A stretch of DNA of 55,566 bases, counting the filler, from Trypethelium eluteriae (Eukaryota), in assembly GCA_051942245.1 (NCBI GenBank). It is 2 parts of 2 records of this genome, joined end to end, with 100 filler letters (N's around TTAATTAATTAA, not from the genome) between each part and the next. Parts side by side here need not be neighbours in the genome. Positions count along the whole stretch, not along the records: positions 1 to 27,735 come from JAVECL010000324.1; positions 27,836 to 55,566 come from JAVECL010000325.1. One strand, 5' to 3'. Below, one piece after another: positions 26,487-37,469 of this stretch (position 1 is the stretch's first letter; each line of letters starts with the position of its first letter). The notes below the pieces were generated by a model. The model worked only from the letters and a program-made list of their open reading frames with translations, was not told the origin of the DNA and did no database searches. Made by a program: the position numbers and the translations under genes.

Positions 26487-27220
26487 TGGGAAGGCAAATC
26501 TTCCACGCAGAAGACGTCGATACTTCCATCTCTTCTCGTCATACTAAGCGCTGGCTAACGACCAAACCTCTCTTTAGGCTCCTTCGTCGAACGCAAGAAG
26601 ATCGCCCTCACTTGGCATTACCGCCGGGCGGACCCGGAGTACGGCGCCTACCAGGCTCGCGAGTGTCAGCGCTACCTCCAGAATACCGTTACCAAACAGT
26701 GGCCAGTCGAGGTCATGGCTGGAAAGGCGAACCTCGAGGTCCGGCCCAAGCTCGTGAATAAAGGTGAGATTGCCAAGCGGTTGATTCAGGAGATGGAGGA
26801 AGGGAATGGTGGAGTCGAAGGGGGCAGCCCGGACTTTGTTTTGTGCTTGGGGGATGATTTCACCGACGAAGGTAGGTCTTTCTTCTTCTGGTGTTTTTTG
26901 GGTCGAAATCTCTATTGGTCTTTCCCACTAGATTGTTTCTTCTTGGGAGCCAAAGCCGGGATTTCCTTTAGACCCGAGTATGCTAACGATGAACGTGTTA
27001 TATAGACATGTTCCGCGCCCTCTCGCTTTCGTCCTTGTCCGACGAACACATCTTCTCTGTCACGGTTGGTGCTTCGTCGAAGCAGACGCTGGCAAGCTGG
27101 CATCTGCTTGAGCCTGCGGATGTCATCAGTGTGGTTGCGCTCTTGAATGGCAGCGCTGATGCTGGGAATGTAGGTGCTGTGAGCGTAGTTGAAGGTCGGG
27201 TGCCGGATTCGAGACTCTGA
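23968..27220 (+). CDS. TPS2: Trehalose-6-phosphate phosphatase subunit (TPS2/OrlA), 4 exons (~23968-24411, 24466-26407, 26578-26871, 27006-27220)
   Basis: GT20-like domain (IHDYYLLLLP, GFFLHIPFPSSE, GRDRLD, SVRDGMN, LSEFSG) plus HAD phosphatase (FDYDGTL, IISGRD, AEHG, GKANLEVRP, GDDFTDE). Confidence 0.95.
26450..26483 (+). repeat. Poly(A) mononucleotide tract (~34 nt) inside TPS2 intron 2
   Basis: Read directly; it produces the spurious poly-K tail of ORF 24628..26547. Confidence 0.9.
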
Positions 27221-27735
27221 GGAATGAGTGAGACCCAGAGTGAGTGATGATGCGACGAAATGAGACTGGGTTGTATTCTTAACCCTCTGAACCACATGTA
27301 TAATTAGCTTAGGGTAGGCGCGGTGTTGTGGTGAGCATCGGGGGTGGTTATAGAACATTGCTTCGTAGCTTTAATAGAGACCATGGCCCTAAGATGCCAT
27401 TGGCGGTCGCTAGATCTTCTGAAATAGCTAAGAAGCTGATTTTAGACTTCGATGTTCGAATATGTACTTCTGAACATTCGATGAGCGGGGTATCTCAGGA
27501 TATATATCAAGTACCATCTTACGTCGTACCGGTGATCATCCTCCCCATCTCGTCTGTCGCCAGCTTGCTCTCAGCCTTCACCTTCATCGCATCCCTCTCC
27601 ACCACCTCCCTTTCCATCGCCTCACTCTCTATCGCCTCCCTCTCCGACTCCCTCTCCGCCCTCATCAGCGCATCCTGCTCCAGCCTCTCCCTCACCACCT
27701 TCCTCCACTCGAGCATCTTCCTCGCCCTCCTATCC

Positions 27736-27835
27736 NNNNNNNNNNNNNNNNNNNNNNNNNNNNNNNNNNNNNNNNNNNNTTAATTAATTAANNNNNNNNN
27801 NNNNNNNNNNNNNNNNNNNNNNNNNNNNNNNNNNN
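27736..27835. other. Assembly gap with artificial spacer (44 N + TTAATTAATTAA + 44 N)
   Basis: Exactly 100 nt with a central 12-mer giving stops in all six frames, typical of a scaffolding linker. Confidence 0.95.
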
Positions 27836-28886
27836 CCTCCCTATCCCTCACCTCCACCTCACTCTGAACCAACACACACCCGCCACAACAACAGCTCGCC
27901 AGCAGATCCCCGCCCACACTCCCCTCGATCTTATACGCATGCCGGATCCGCAACCGCTGCAGCACCGTCGGCACACACTGCAGCCCGCACGCCAGCGCCC
28001 ACAGCACGCAGTGGCCATTGACGGCCGAGTAGCCCAGCATGTTCGTCGGATCCTGCTTCGCGGATTTGAGCGCCAGCCGGTGCGACGTCCGTCCGTACAG
28101 CACGCACGGGCAGAACAGTCCGAGGCAGCAGGTCGCGCTGCTGGGCACGGATAGCAGCGCGTGTGTCCAGTTTGTGCTGGAGCTGGATGACATGTTGGGG
28201 TGCGAGATCTGACCTGGTTGGTGGGCCGCGGCGGTGAGCCCGTTGGGGCCGGACGCCGCGTTGGGGGAGAAAGGCGGAGCGAAGGGAGAGGTTAGGGCGG
28301 GCGTGTGGGTGGCGTGTGGGGTATAGAGACCACCGGCGGGGGCGTGGGAAGTGGTGGAGGTGTCGATGGAGAGGCCGCCAGGGGAAGATGGTTTTGTCGG
28401 GGAGCTGGGTTTCGCTGGGATGGGTCTGGGAGATTGAGGCGCAATCGAGATGGAAGGGACGTTTGAGGAAGGTATTTGGGTATTTTGTGGAGTAGTCGTA
28501 TCTGCGTACGGTGCAGAATAGGCAGGATGCTGGTCTCTTAGCACCTCGACTGTAGGCCTCTCGGAAGGATACTGAGCGGCTTGTGCTTGTTCCTGGGGTA
28601 CCATAGATTCGTTGGGAGACCCCGGGGACTGCGGTATTGTAGGCGGTCGTTGTGTCGCAGGAAAAATTGGAGCCTGTACCTCGACGGGTGTAGCCATATA
28701 GGAAAAGCGAGGGTTTGATTGTATTGCGGGACTCTGTTGCTGCGGGAAATTGCTCGTTGCTATGTTGAGTTGCGGTTGACTCGGCGGATTTCTGCCATCT
28801 CGAGTATCATTTCGCAACCTTTGTCCTTGAGCAAGATTATGAAATTGCTGGTCCAGCGGAGGTTGTTGTGAGGTATTGGTGTCCAT
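27836..28886 (-). CDS. PLAC8 (Cys-rich, DUF614) family protein with long Pro/Gln-rich N-terminus; 3' end runs into the gap
   Basis: WTHAL...TCCLGLFCPCVLYGRT...QRLRIRHAYKIEGS..GD...CCCGGCVLVQSEVEV. Confidence 0.85.
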
Positions 28887-30737
28887 CTTGATCTTCTAGC
28901 CACAGCTGGAACTCTGTCTGTTGTCAATCGCGGCTGGAATATCTTCAATCTTGTATGGTCAATCGGTTTATATCTCCAGTCTTCCTTGTCAATAGTCACC
29001 GATCGTTGCAAGAGTTTCAGGCGAAAACTATCCAGAGCTGGAAGGCATAGAAAGGTCGTAAGACCGTCGCATTCTCGATTGACCGGATAGCATCAAGTCA
29101 GCAGCACGGGTACTGCTGTTCTTCCACATCCATTGCACATCTGCTAGCAGGATCGCTGGACTATATGTCGGGCACACGAAGATTGCGACAGCTGTGCCGT
29201 AAGACAATCGGCGCGTGTCCTGTGAGGGCGTGATAGTGACGAAAGGCCATGAGTGCAGTAGAGACGAGAGGTCTATCAAATCAGCTACCTTGTTGGATGG
29301 TGGCTTGCGGCTGCGGACTAAAGCAGGTGGCGGCACTTGAGCGGCGAATTGGCGAGTCAGAAAGCCAACGGCTATTTTGATCCAGCTCTGCCGGTCATGG
29401 TTAGTCGCGCAAGCCGTGGCACAGTATTATTAAGGTTCGGGTCGAGAACCACGAGAGTATTCCTGCGCTTTAGGCCTCCGATTGTAAAGCACTCCGTACT
29501 ATCTCTTATCCTTACTTGGAGTGATGGCTTACGAAACAGCTGTGCATACCAAGCTACTATATGTTCTGCGCCAAGTGAGCTCTTCCGAAGCTACGACTGC
29601 CGAGGTGTATCCTTCGAAAATTGGGTACTCCGTACTACCTAGGTAGGTATGCAGTTAGCAGTGTAAGCCGACGGGCTTACTCTGTACAAGGCGCTCTTTA
29701 GTACGCAATAGCCGGATACTCATTACAATTGGCAATTGACTGATGCTCTTCTTGTTGGTGCTGCAGTTTCATTGACTTAGCAAAAGCTCCTGCTACACTT
29801 ACGATTTGGCCTATCCCTCACGGATGCAATATCCCTGTAAATGCCTTGGTAGAGCTCTGTGGTCAAGGTCCAGAGGGATTATGCATCTTGATATGCACCT
29901 ACTATATCGGATGATGAATACCTACATTAGATACGAGCCTTTTTGCTAGCACATTCAGATTGCATGATCACCCAGCTTGCACTCATCGCGCTCTCCCTTA
30001 CTTTCCAAGAATATACCCAAAATCCACCGATTTGCGGGATCACAAGGGTACGGTACTCCTCGTTCGTAACGCTCGCAGTGTACAGTAAAACGAATACAAG
30101 CACCTTCTGTGGATGATGCCACAGATGTGGAAAGTATCATTGACTATTTGTCGAACCTGAGGCTGAACATAAGTCTTTCATGTTCGGAATTGATGAGCCA
30201 TTGGCTCAGCCTGGCCTGTGCTCCGAGGCTTTTGCCCAATTGGGTGTAGTGCTAGGTGCAGGGGGTTCACTCCCTTAATTCCAGACCATCAAATAAGCCT
30301 CCATGGCCTGGATAGAACTTCAGAATTTTTGCTCATCATGTAGCTGCACCCAAAGTTTGACAAAAATTCGCGTTGATGTCGTTACAAATCCATCCTGACC
30401 AGCCTCTCTCCCTCTAAATCCTCTCCGAAGTACAAACTTTGCAACAGAAGAAACGGGGACTGACGTAGGGGAGTGTTATCCTTGAGGTCCTTGAGGCATA
30501 GTTGTCTGATACGGAGAAAGCGGGAAAATGATGCGGTCCCGAAGATAGTTTCATAAAAGCCATGGAAGCCTGGGCTATAGCTATATCTCCATCTGACCAC
30601 GCATTTACGGTTCCCCGTTTTCGGTGTTGGATGGAAAGGGCTTGCTAATTATGGCATAGTCGAGTGCAAGACCCTGCACAAGGCTGTCGCCTTTGGGCAT
30701 CCGTATCAGTCTCTCTCTCTACTGACCTTTTCGGAAA

Positions 30738-33037
30738 ATGACATTGCAATCGCAGCTGGAGGGTGCAAATCACAAACCCAACTTTGCCACCACGCAACTT
30801 TATCATCATTCTCCTTTACCAGATCCAACGAGTTGTGTTCGACTTATCGATTTGTTACCTGGTAACTTTAACGATGAGATACAGCTTCTGATCTTTCAAG
30901 TGCCTCTTAAAGAATATGATATACGACAGGGCACAGTCCTATCATTGGATGAATTGAAAGATACCTTACCGCTCGGTTGGGTCGCTAAAAAGACAGTGGA
31001 GGGACGATACTTGTTCAAACCAAAGAATACTAAGAGATGGCAATGGGCACACCCCAACCCATCATTTGACGAGGCTCAATACGTCATCCCCGAATTTAGG
31101 AACAGTCAATCAGCTTTACTGCAACCTTGGTTGGAATACGAGGCATTGTCATACACATGGGGCTCGAAGGCGGACACCGAAATAGTGTTTGTTGAAGAAT
31201 CGGAGTCCGCTGCCACACGACCACTCAATCCAGGACCAATATCTAGCTTGGCAAAAATGGCACTTACAGCGAACTTGACATTCGCTTTGAAACACCTTCG
31301 GTACAAATCAAAGCCTCGACGACTTTGGGTCGATGCTATCTGCATCAATCAACTGGACAATCTCTAGAAGAGTAGTCAGATCCGCCGCATCGGAATAATA
31401 TTTAAATTAGCCTATCGGGTGATCGCTTTTGTCGGCCAAGAGGAGCGTGGAACCAGTCGTGCCTTGGATTCTTTACAATGCTGGGGAGAGCAGTGGGAAA
31501 TACTTATGCCCAACCTCCGGGTTCGTTCTCCAGATGTGATTATCAACGACACGATAATCGAAAGATGGGATGAACAAACGTGGGCTGATATTGCTCAATT
31601 CCTCAAAAGAAAGTGGTTTACTCGACTGTGGATCATGCAGGAGTCACATCTCGCGAACGGCCGGGCGATTATACAGTGCGGACAGCGTACCATCCTATTA
31701 TCAGTCTTTCGACGCGTTCTCAGGTGTTTGCAGATCCAGGATTGGCTACCATCTAAAGAACTAAGGCTGCAATTGGGATATACTACCAAAATGACCTACT
31801 ATTCTTCGACTTTGCCTTTCCGTGCAGTGCTCGAGCTGGGCCGCGATCGCGTTTGCAGCGACCCACGTGACAAAGTGTACGGTTTGCTTGGGCTTGTTTC
31901 GGCACCATTTGCAGCAGATATCGTACCATCTTACATCCAAAAAGTCGAAGATGTATACAGAGAAACTTGTTTGACTTATTTGTCACGCTTCAAACGTCTC
32001 GATTTATTGAAAAGCTGCTATCAGACCGGGCGTACACTTGACCTTCCATCTTGGAGTCCTGACTTGCAGTCAGATATTCCCGTCGACATTTTCAATCCTT
32101 TTCAATTTGCCACGGGATGTTCACGTGCTCATTTCACTTATACGGCACCAAATATTCTTGAGGTTTTTGGGTTGACCTGCGCTGTCTTGGATAAAGTTTC
32201 CACGCCTCTAAGCAAGACGGCTGTAGATCCTCTCAATGTGATCAGGTCATGGCAGCCAGAGGATGCAGCTCGGAGCACATATATGACTGGTGAGAGTTTG
32301 AGCATCGCTTTTGCTATTACTCTTCGCATGAACAGAGTCAAAGAGCGCTTTCCCAAAGTTAGATACACATTGGATGAATGGTTAGCCAGGTGTTTCCAAA
32401 CTGGCCTTCTAGGGGTGGACAATGAAGTCGCATTTGCCAATGATGATAAAGAGATTCAAAGTTTCGATGGCCGGGCAATAGACATCTGTACGGGTAGAAC
32501 GTTCGTTCGAACAAGAGAAGGCTATGTTGGCTTAGCTCCCTGTGACGCGCAGCAAGGTAAATTGAACTTCATTTCTATACGACAATGACTGAATTAATAG
32601 GCGATGTAATCGTTGTATTACTTGGTTGTGACAGTCCAGTGCTACTGCGAAAGCAACCAGGTCAGCGGTACAAAGTTATCGGAGAATGCTTCGTCCATGG
32701 CCTCAATGATGCCAGTGCTTTGTTGGGACCCTTACCAAAGCCCTGGAATGTGACAATAAATTGCGGATTTGGCGGACATCTTCTCCAGTGGGCCGGCGGT
32801 AGAAAGACCCTCCGTTTCTTTAATTCTAAGACTGGAGCATATACCTACGAAGAGCCAAGGCTTCCACCTCTGGGGGTCTGGGATAGAATTGATCACACGC
32901 CCGGGCCGAATGTACCTGAGATCTACGAATACTTCAGACACAAGAAAACAGGGGAGGTCATGGACTCGGATCCAAGGTTGTTGCCAGAGGCCTTAAAGTC
33001 CCGAGGAGTCCAATTGGAAACGTTCTCTCTGGTGTGA
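30738..33037 (+). pseudogene. HET-domain (heterokaryon incompatibility, HET-6-like) gene with premature TAG at 31365-31367; intron 32557-32600
   Basis: RLIDLLPG, YEALSYTWG, LWVDAICINQ-LDNL*KSSQI, WFTRLWIMQE, SDPRDKVYGLLGL, LPSWSPD, GLAP...GDVIVVLLG..PVLLR...YKVIGECFVHG. ORFs 30738..31367 and 31419..32588 share one frame separated only by the stop. Confidence 0.85.
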
Positions 33038-33421
33038 ACGCAGTCGGAGCATTCGAAAATACCCTAACGACAATTTACATGCAAGTCTTGGTTCCATTTA
33101 TGTCTTTGAAACAAGATCCTTACACTCAGGTGATATTCTTCTAGGAATCCATTGTCGATGGTCCGCTGATGGAAACGAAGACGACAACTTGGGTCATCTT
33201 TTAGTCAATACTGCCTTTGACGACGGGACCCTTCGTGAAGGCGAGGAAGGGATTAATCTATCGTGCAAAAGTGAGGTAGTGCTGAATTCACGGAAATAGA
33301 TGTCTAGTGTACAGCATGACTTTCTGTGCCGTCGCTGCCATGACTAGAGCTTGCCGCATCTTGAAGCATTTGCCTAAGTACTCTCAGCTCTCGTATCTCA
33401 CTATCAACAGCGGATATGGCA

Positions 33422-35749
33422 CTATGTTGGCGATTCGCGTATCCTGTCAGGAGTCAAATACTTTGCTAAACGTTGAGATAAATCCGAATGAGGGTCTGTT
33501 CTGGTAATATTCACTGCCAATTTGTTTTTCAAAGGTATTTGCTGATTCAGTCCAGCCGTACTTCCAGAACTGGTAAACAGGATCTTAAGAATCTTCTTTG
33601 AAGGGTCGTAGGAGTTGGCAAGATCCTTGGTCGAATCATGTCGCCCCCAGCAGATCGGGTCATCCTGATATTCCAGCAAGATTTGGACGAAATCCTTACA
33701 CAGTTTTGAGCCGCCTCTGTAGTCAAGTCGTGAGATGCCGTCGATCACACATAGAAGCAGTGGCTTAGGAAAGAGCTGAAGGAGATCTCGGAGCAGCGCC
33801 AACGCTTCTTGCCAAGAAGTGATGGAACCGTCAAGTTTTGATAATCTTCTTGCGCTCATATCCAGGTCGGTTTCGATAATGGGAGGCATCTGCGCCAGTA
33901 ACTGTCGGATGAGGTTGTAGACAAGTCCGAGTGTGGCAAGCTCTTCCGGGTGGTCTCTTCCATATTCTGGCAGCGCGCAAAAATGTGATATTAGTGGTAT
34001 CCCTAATCTTACCGCGGTAGCTATCATGTCCACGGATACTGCACTCATATTGGATGGGAGCGAGGAATCTGATGGTCCAACAAGCCAGAGAAGCTGAGGC
34101 GAAGGTAAGCTTGACCAGCGGTCTAATGCCGTTAAGACGTAGTCGTCCGAGATATTCGAAAGCGGCGTCGTTTTAGGACGATTCCAGGATCCAAAGATGT
34201 AGTCCTCGAGATGCCTTGTATTCTGGAGAGCCTCGTCAAGAGACCACTCGTTCCAAGGTATGGACTTGTCAAAGACCTCCGTAACGGCGTTATTAGCAGT
34301 GTCGGGAATGGACTCGAAGGTTAGGGATTTCGTAAATCTATCAGCTTGTGTTTGAAGAGCTCGTTGGCGATCTTCGTTTATTTTGAGGTCAAGATACATG
34401 TTGAAGAGAGTAATTTTCATGTTTGTTCCGACTTCTGCTTGAGACTGGTCCCAGGAACCATGCAGGTCAGCCCTGTACATCTGTTGTTCTTGACGCAAAC
34501 GCTCGTTCTCCTTCAACAGCAACTGGTTTTGTTCCGTCACCTTCAAATGCGCATCACTAAGTTTATGCAGGTGAGAATCGCGTCGCTTGATGCTCGAAAC
34601 CATGGTATGGGTCTCGTCGGTGGTTGGACTAATATTCCGAGTCTCGGCTGAGTTGAGGGCCCGAGCAAAATGATATAAGCTATCACAAAGCTGTCGTATT
34701 GTTGCGACTCTTCCCTGTAGGTCCTCAAAAAGACCGCGGCCTAATGACTGTCGCCACTTTTCTGTTTCGGAGGTGTAAGTGCAGAATGCTGTGAGAAATG
34801 ACTGGATACCTTACTGAAACTCCCCGAAGCCCACCATTCCATGGCAAATCGTATGAACTCAAATACCTTGCCGTAAATCTCGGACACACGACGTCTCATG
34901 GGCTCGACACTCATGATATCTGCCTCCAGCATCACAATTTCGAGCTTGTCGATAACTTCCTTAAACGCCCTTGACAGTTCTTCAGCAACTTGGACGTGAG
35001 TGACAGATGCCTTCAAAAGCCGTCAGCTCGAGAACAGCATTTAGAAATTGAGGGGCTCCGAACCTGAATAAGCATCTTAAGACTGCCGCAAAGTACAGAG
35101 ACGTATTCATTTTGAGACGGAAAGAATTCGAAGATTCCCTTGTGCATATCAAGGCTTTTACAGATCTTATGAAACCTTTCCTGGGCCTTTTCGTGATGGC
35201 CTTTAGCAACGAAGGGGATGGGGGGCGGACGATGAACACACCTTGCCACCTAGCAGACGATCTTTCTGAACCCATGAGTTTCTACAACTCTCGACCATGT
35301 CCTCGACATCTTGAAATGTGTCGACTTCCAGATCTTTCATTTGTTTGATGACTTCATTTTTCGTCTTGTTAGCTCTACGTTTGTACCACCCTGATGTCTC
35401 CTGACTGATTTCGGGAAGATTATCTTGAAAAGATTTCCACTGATTAAGCAGACGTTTTTTCTCTCTCTCAGCTTCGTAATATGTTCTGCAGACCTGTCAG
35501 CTTGAAAGACTTGGAAGATAGTGAAGGGCGGTAACGTCACTCTTCAGTGTCACCTTGCGCAAAAATGCGTCGTAGGTCACGGCGATCTTTCCGTAGCAAG
35601 GTTTCGACAGGCTCCAGTGATGTCCAAGGTGGGTCGAGCGGAGGCTCCTGAACAGCGATTTCAAGTCTGTTTTGGCCAGGCAGCTCATCTGTAAATCGTC
35701 TGGTAATCTCCTTGCCATAGAAAGCATTACTCGACGACATGTTCATCAT
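33422..35749 (-). CDS. Uncharacterised NLR-like protein: helical N-terminal domain, coiled coil and degenerate NACHT-like P-loop domain, no C-terminal repeats; 5 exons, frame intact
   Basis: Manual splicing gives MSSSNAFYGKEITRRF...GDTEE/TYYEAE...LGGK/AQERFHKICKSLDMH...FPSQNEYVSVLCGSLKMLIQ/ASVTH...YGKVFEF...WW/KKWRQSL...LDRWSS..SPQLLWLVGP...ISHFC...LVYNLIRQLL...LLCVIDGISRL...KILFTSSG. Spacing matches NACHT strands but GxxGxGKS is missing. Confidence 0.75.
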
Positions 35750-37469
35750 CACTCCATTAATGCGGTACCAATTAGTTTCACTGGGCCAACCCTGAATCAA
35801 TGTGCAATCGAGGAGATGTTTTATCGACCGAGCAGCGCGTGGCTAGCTTGACAAGCAGATTCAATGCTGTACAACAGGCAGGCGTCTCCGATGGCCGGAA
35901 TGACCCTACTGAGGGACCTTCTAGCTATATCAGCAGATCCACGCCAATTGTACCTACGACTTGGCTTTCCTAATGACACTGCGATTCATGCAATGTAATC
36001 CACACTGACTTGATTCGAGGCATTACCACGCTAGAGTAGCCACTGGACGCGCCCACTTGCTGTATGAGCTGATTGGAGGCCTCCTCGAGAAAGCCAAGAA
36101 CGAGCCAAGACACAAGACAGTGCAAAGCGTTCCAGCGCATGGATTTTCAGCTTTAAGACGTATTGTATGATCTCGACTGTCCACCACTGCCTGACATACA
36201 TGTGAGGCTGATTTGGTCGGCGTGCACAGCCTCGCCGTGCCGTGCCTGCCCCTTGTAATTTACTGCCCCGCATATTGCCCTGCCTACCTAACTCTATTAC
36301 GACTAGTATCCATCCATCTTTCCCCTCTTGGTATGGCTCCGCAGAGCGTCTAAAAGATTCACCTCAGCACCGCAGATCCGCGACTTGGCAGCTTTGCAAA
36401 TAGGCAGCAATGACTTTCCAATACTCCCGCATAATGTCAACCTCGTGTCTGATTATCTTCTTGTTAGCCACAGAAGCTTGCATCTGCGGCCTCTAAAGCT
36501 AGATTCGAGGTCTTCTAAGTGGCGGTCCGCCGCTTCTACATCAGGTCACTCTGTCGGACGCCTAGAGTAGAGATATAACATGCGCCACCGCAGCCTCGTT
36601 CCGAAAGAAGTCAAACACTACCGAAGAGGGAGACTCCACCGATCCCTCGAGCCATTCGAATCTTTGCTATAGATCCTTGATGACATCCCCTCTGCGAGGC
36701 TGAAACGTCCCCCTGAAGTAAATAAGAGAATCGGACGTAACTATCCCCACCACGTCCGATATCTTCGGCATCCTTTAATGGCGCCTTCTAAACCCATCTG
36801 AGAGACTTGCACAAGGGCCTTGGCGAATCAAGACCGAAGGAATCATTCCACACTCCTCCGAATTCTCTCCTTCAGTACCAAGCAGTTTCACATTGTATGA
36901 GAATACGCTAATGCTAGTCGTGGAGATCGGACGTGGGAAGTTGGTGTGGGAAGGAACTTACTGTCCGCCATATATTCATGGCTGGGGGTCTATACTAGCT
37001 CTGTATTGGTGGCGGCTGATGTAGTTTTGTGCTAATAATCCAGCCCAGAACTTCGCGCATTATCAAACAGGTAGCTTTCATGGCTATGCGACTCATCGGG
37101 GCCTACTCTTGCATCATGGGCGGCTAAGTCCATGCTTACCTATGTTTTCGGGTTCGCACTAATGCGTTAGTACGGGTATCCTTAGGCAACTACAAAATCT
37201 GGACTTTGGAAGGCGAGCATGCGGCGAAAGATCTAAAGAAATTACTTTAAACTTTGACCATGTCCTCCTTTAGGGATCATGCTTAGAGCATCCCAGCGCT
37301 CGTCCATCTTTCTCCGAGTGAGAACAACAGTCGGACGCTACACGTTGGTCAAATAGTCCCTGCCTCAAATCGAGTCTGACATTACGTAGCGAAGTCCTTG
37401 AATGTGACGCAATCAAAGAACCCGCTGTCATTGAGATTTCAGAACAGACAGCTTGTACTGCAGAAGGAA

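Noticed and set aside
25660..26529. Long antisense/alternative-frame ORFs over TPS2 (and likewise over HEL1, CAND1, EMP47, PH gene)
   Set aside because: Shadow ORFs caused by high GC3 in real genes; no recognizable motifs.
26408..26547. Poly-lysine C-terminus of ORF 24628..26547 and poly-Phe antisense ORF
   Set aside because: Read-through into TPS2 intron 2 containing the poly(A) tract.
27780..27791. TTAATTAATTAA palindrome
   Set aside because: Centered in an exact 100-nt N gap; an artificial six-frame-stop linker, not biological.
29000..30700. Possible transposon or giant-element boundary at the island's left edge
   Set aside because: No transposase, tyrosine recombinase, terminal repeat or target-site duplication could be recognized.
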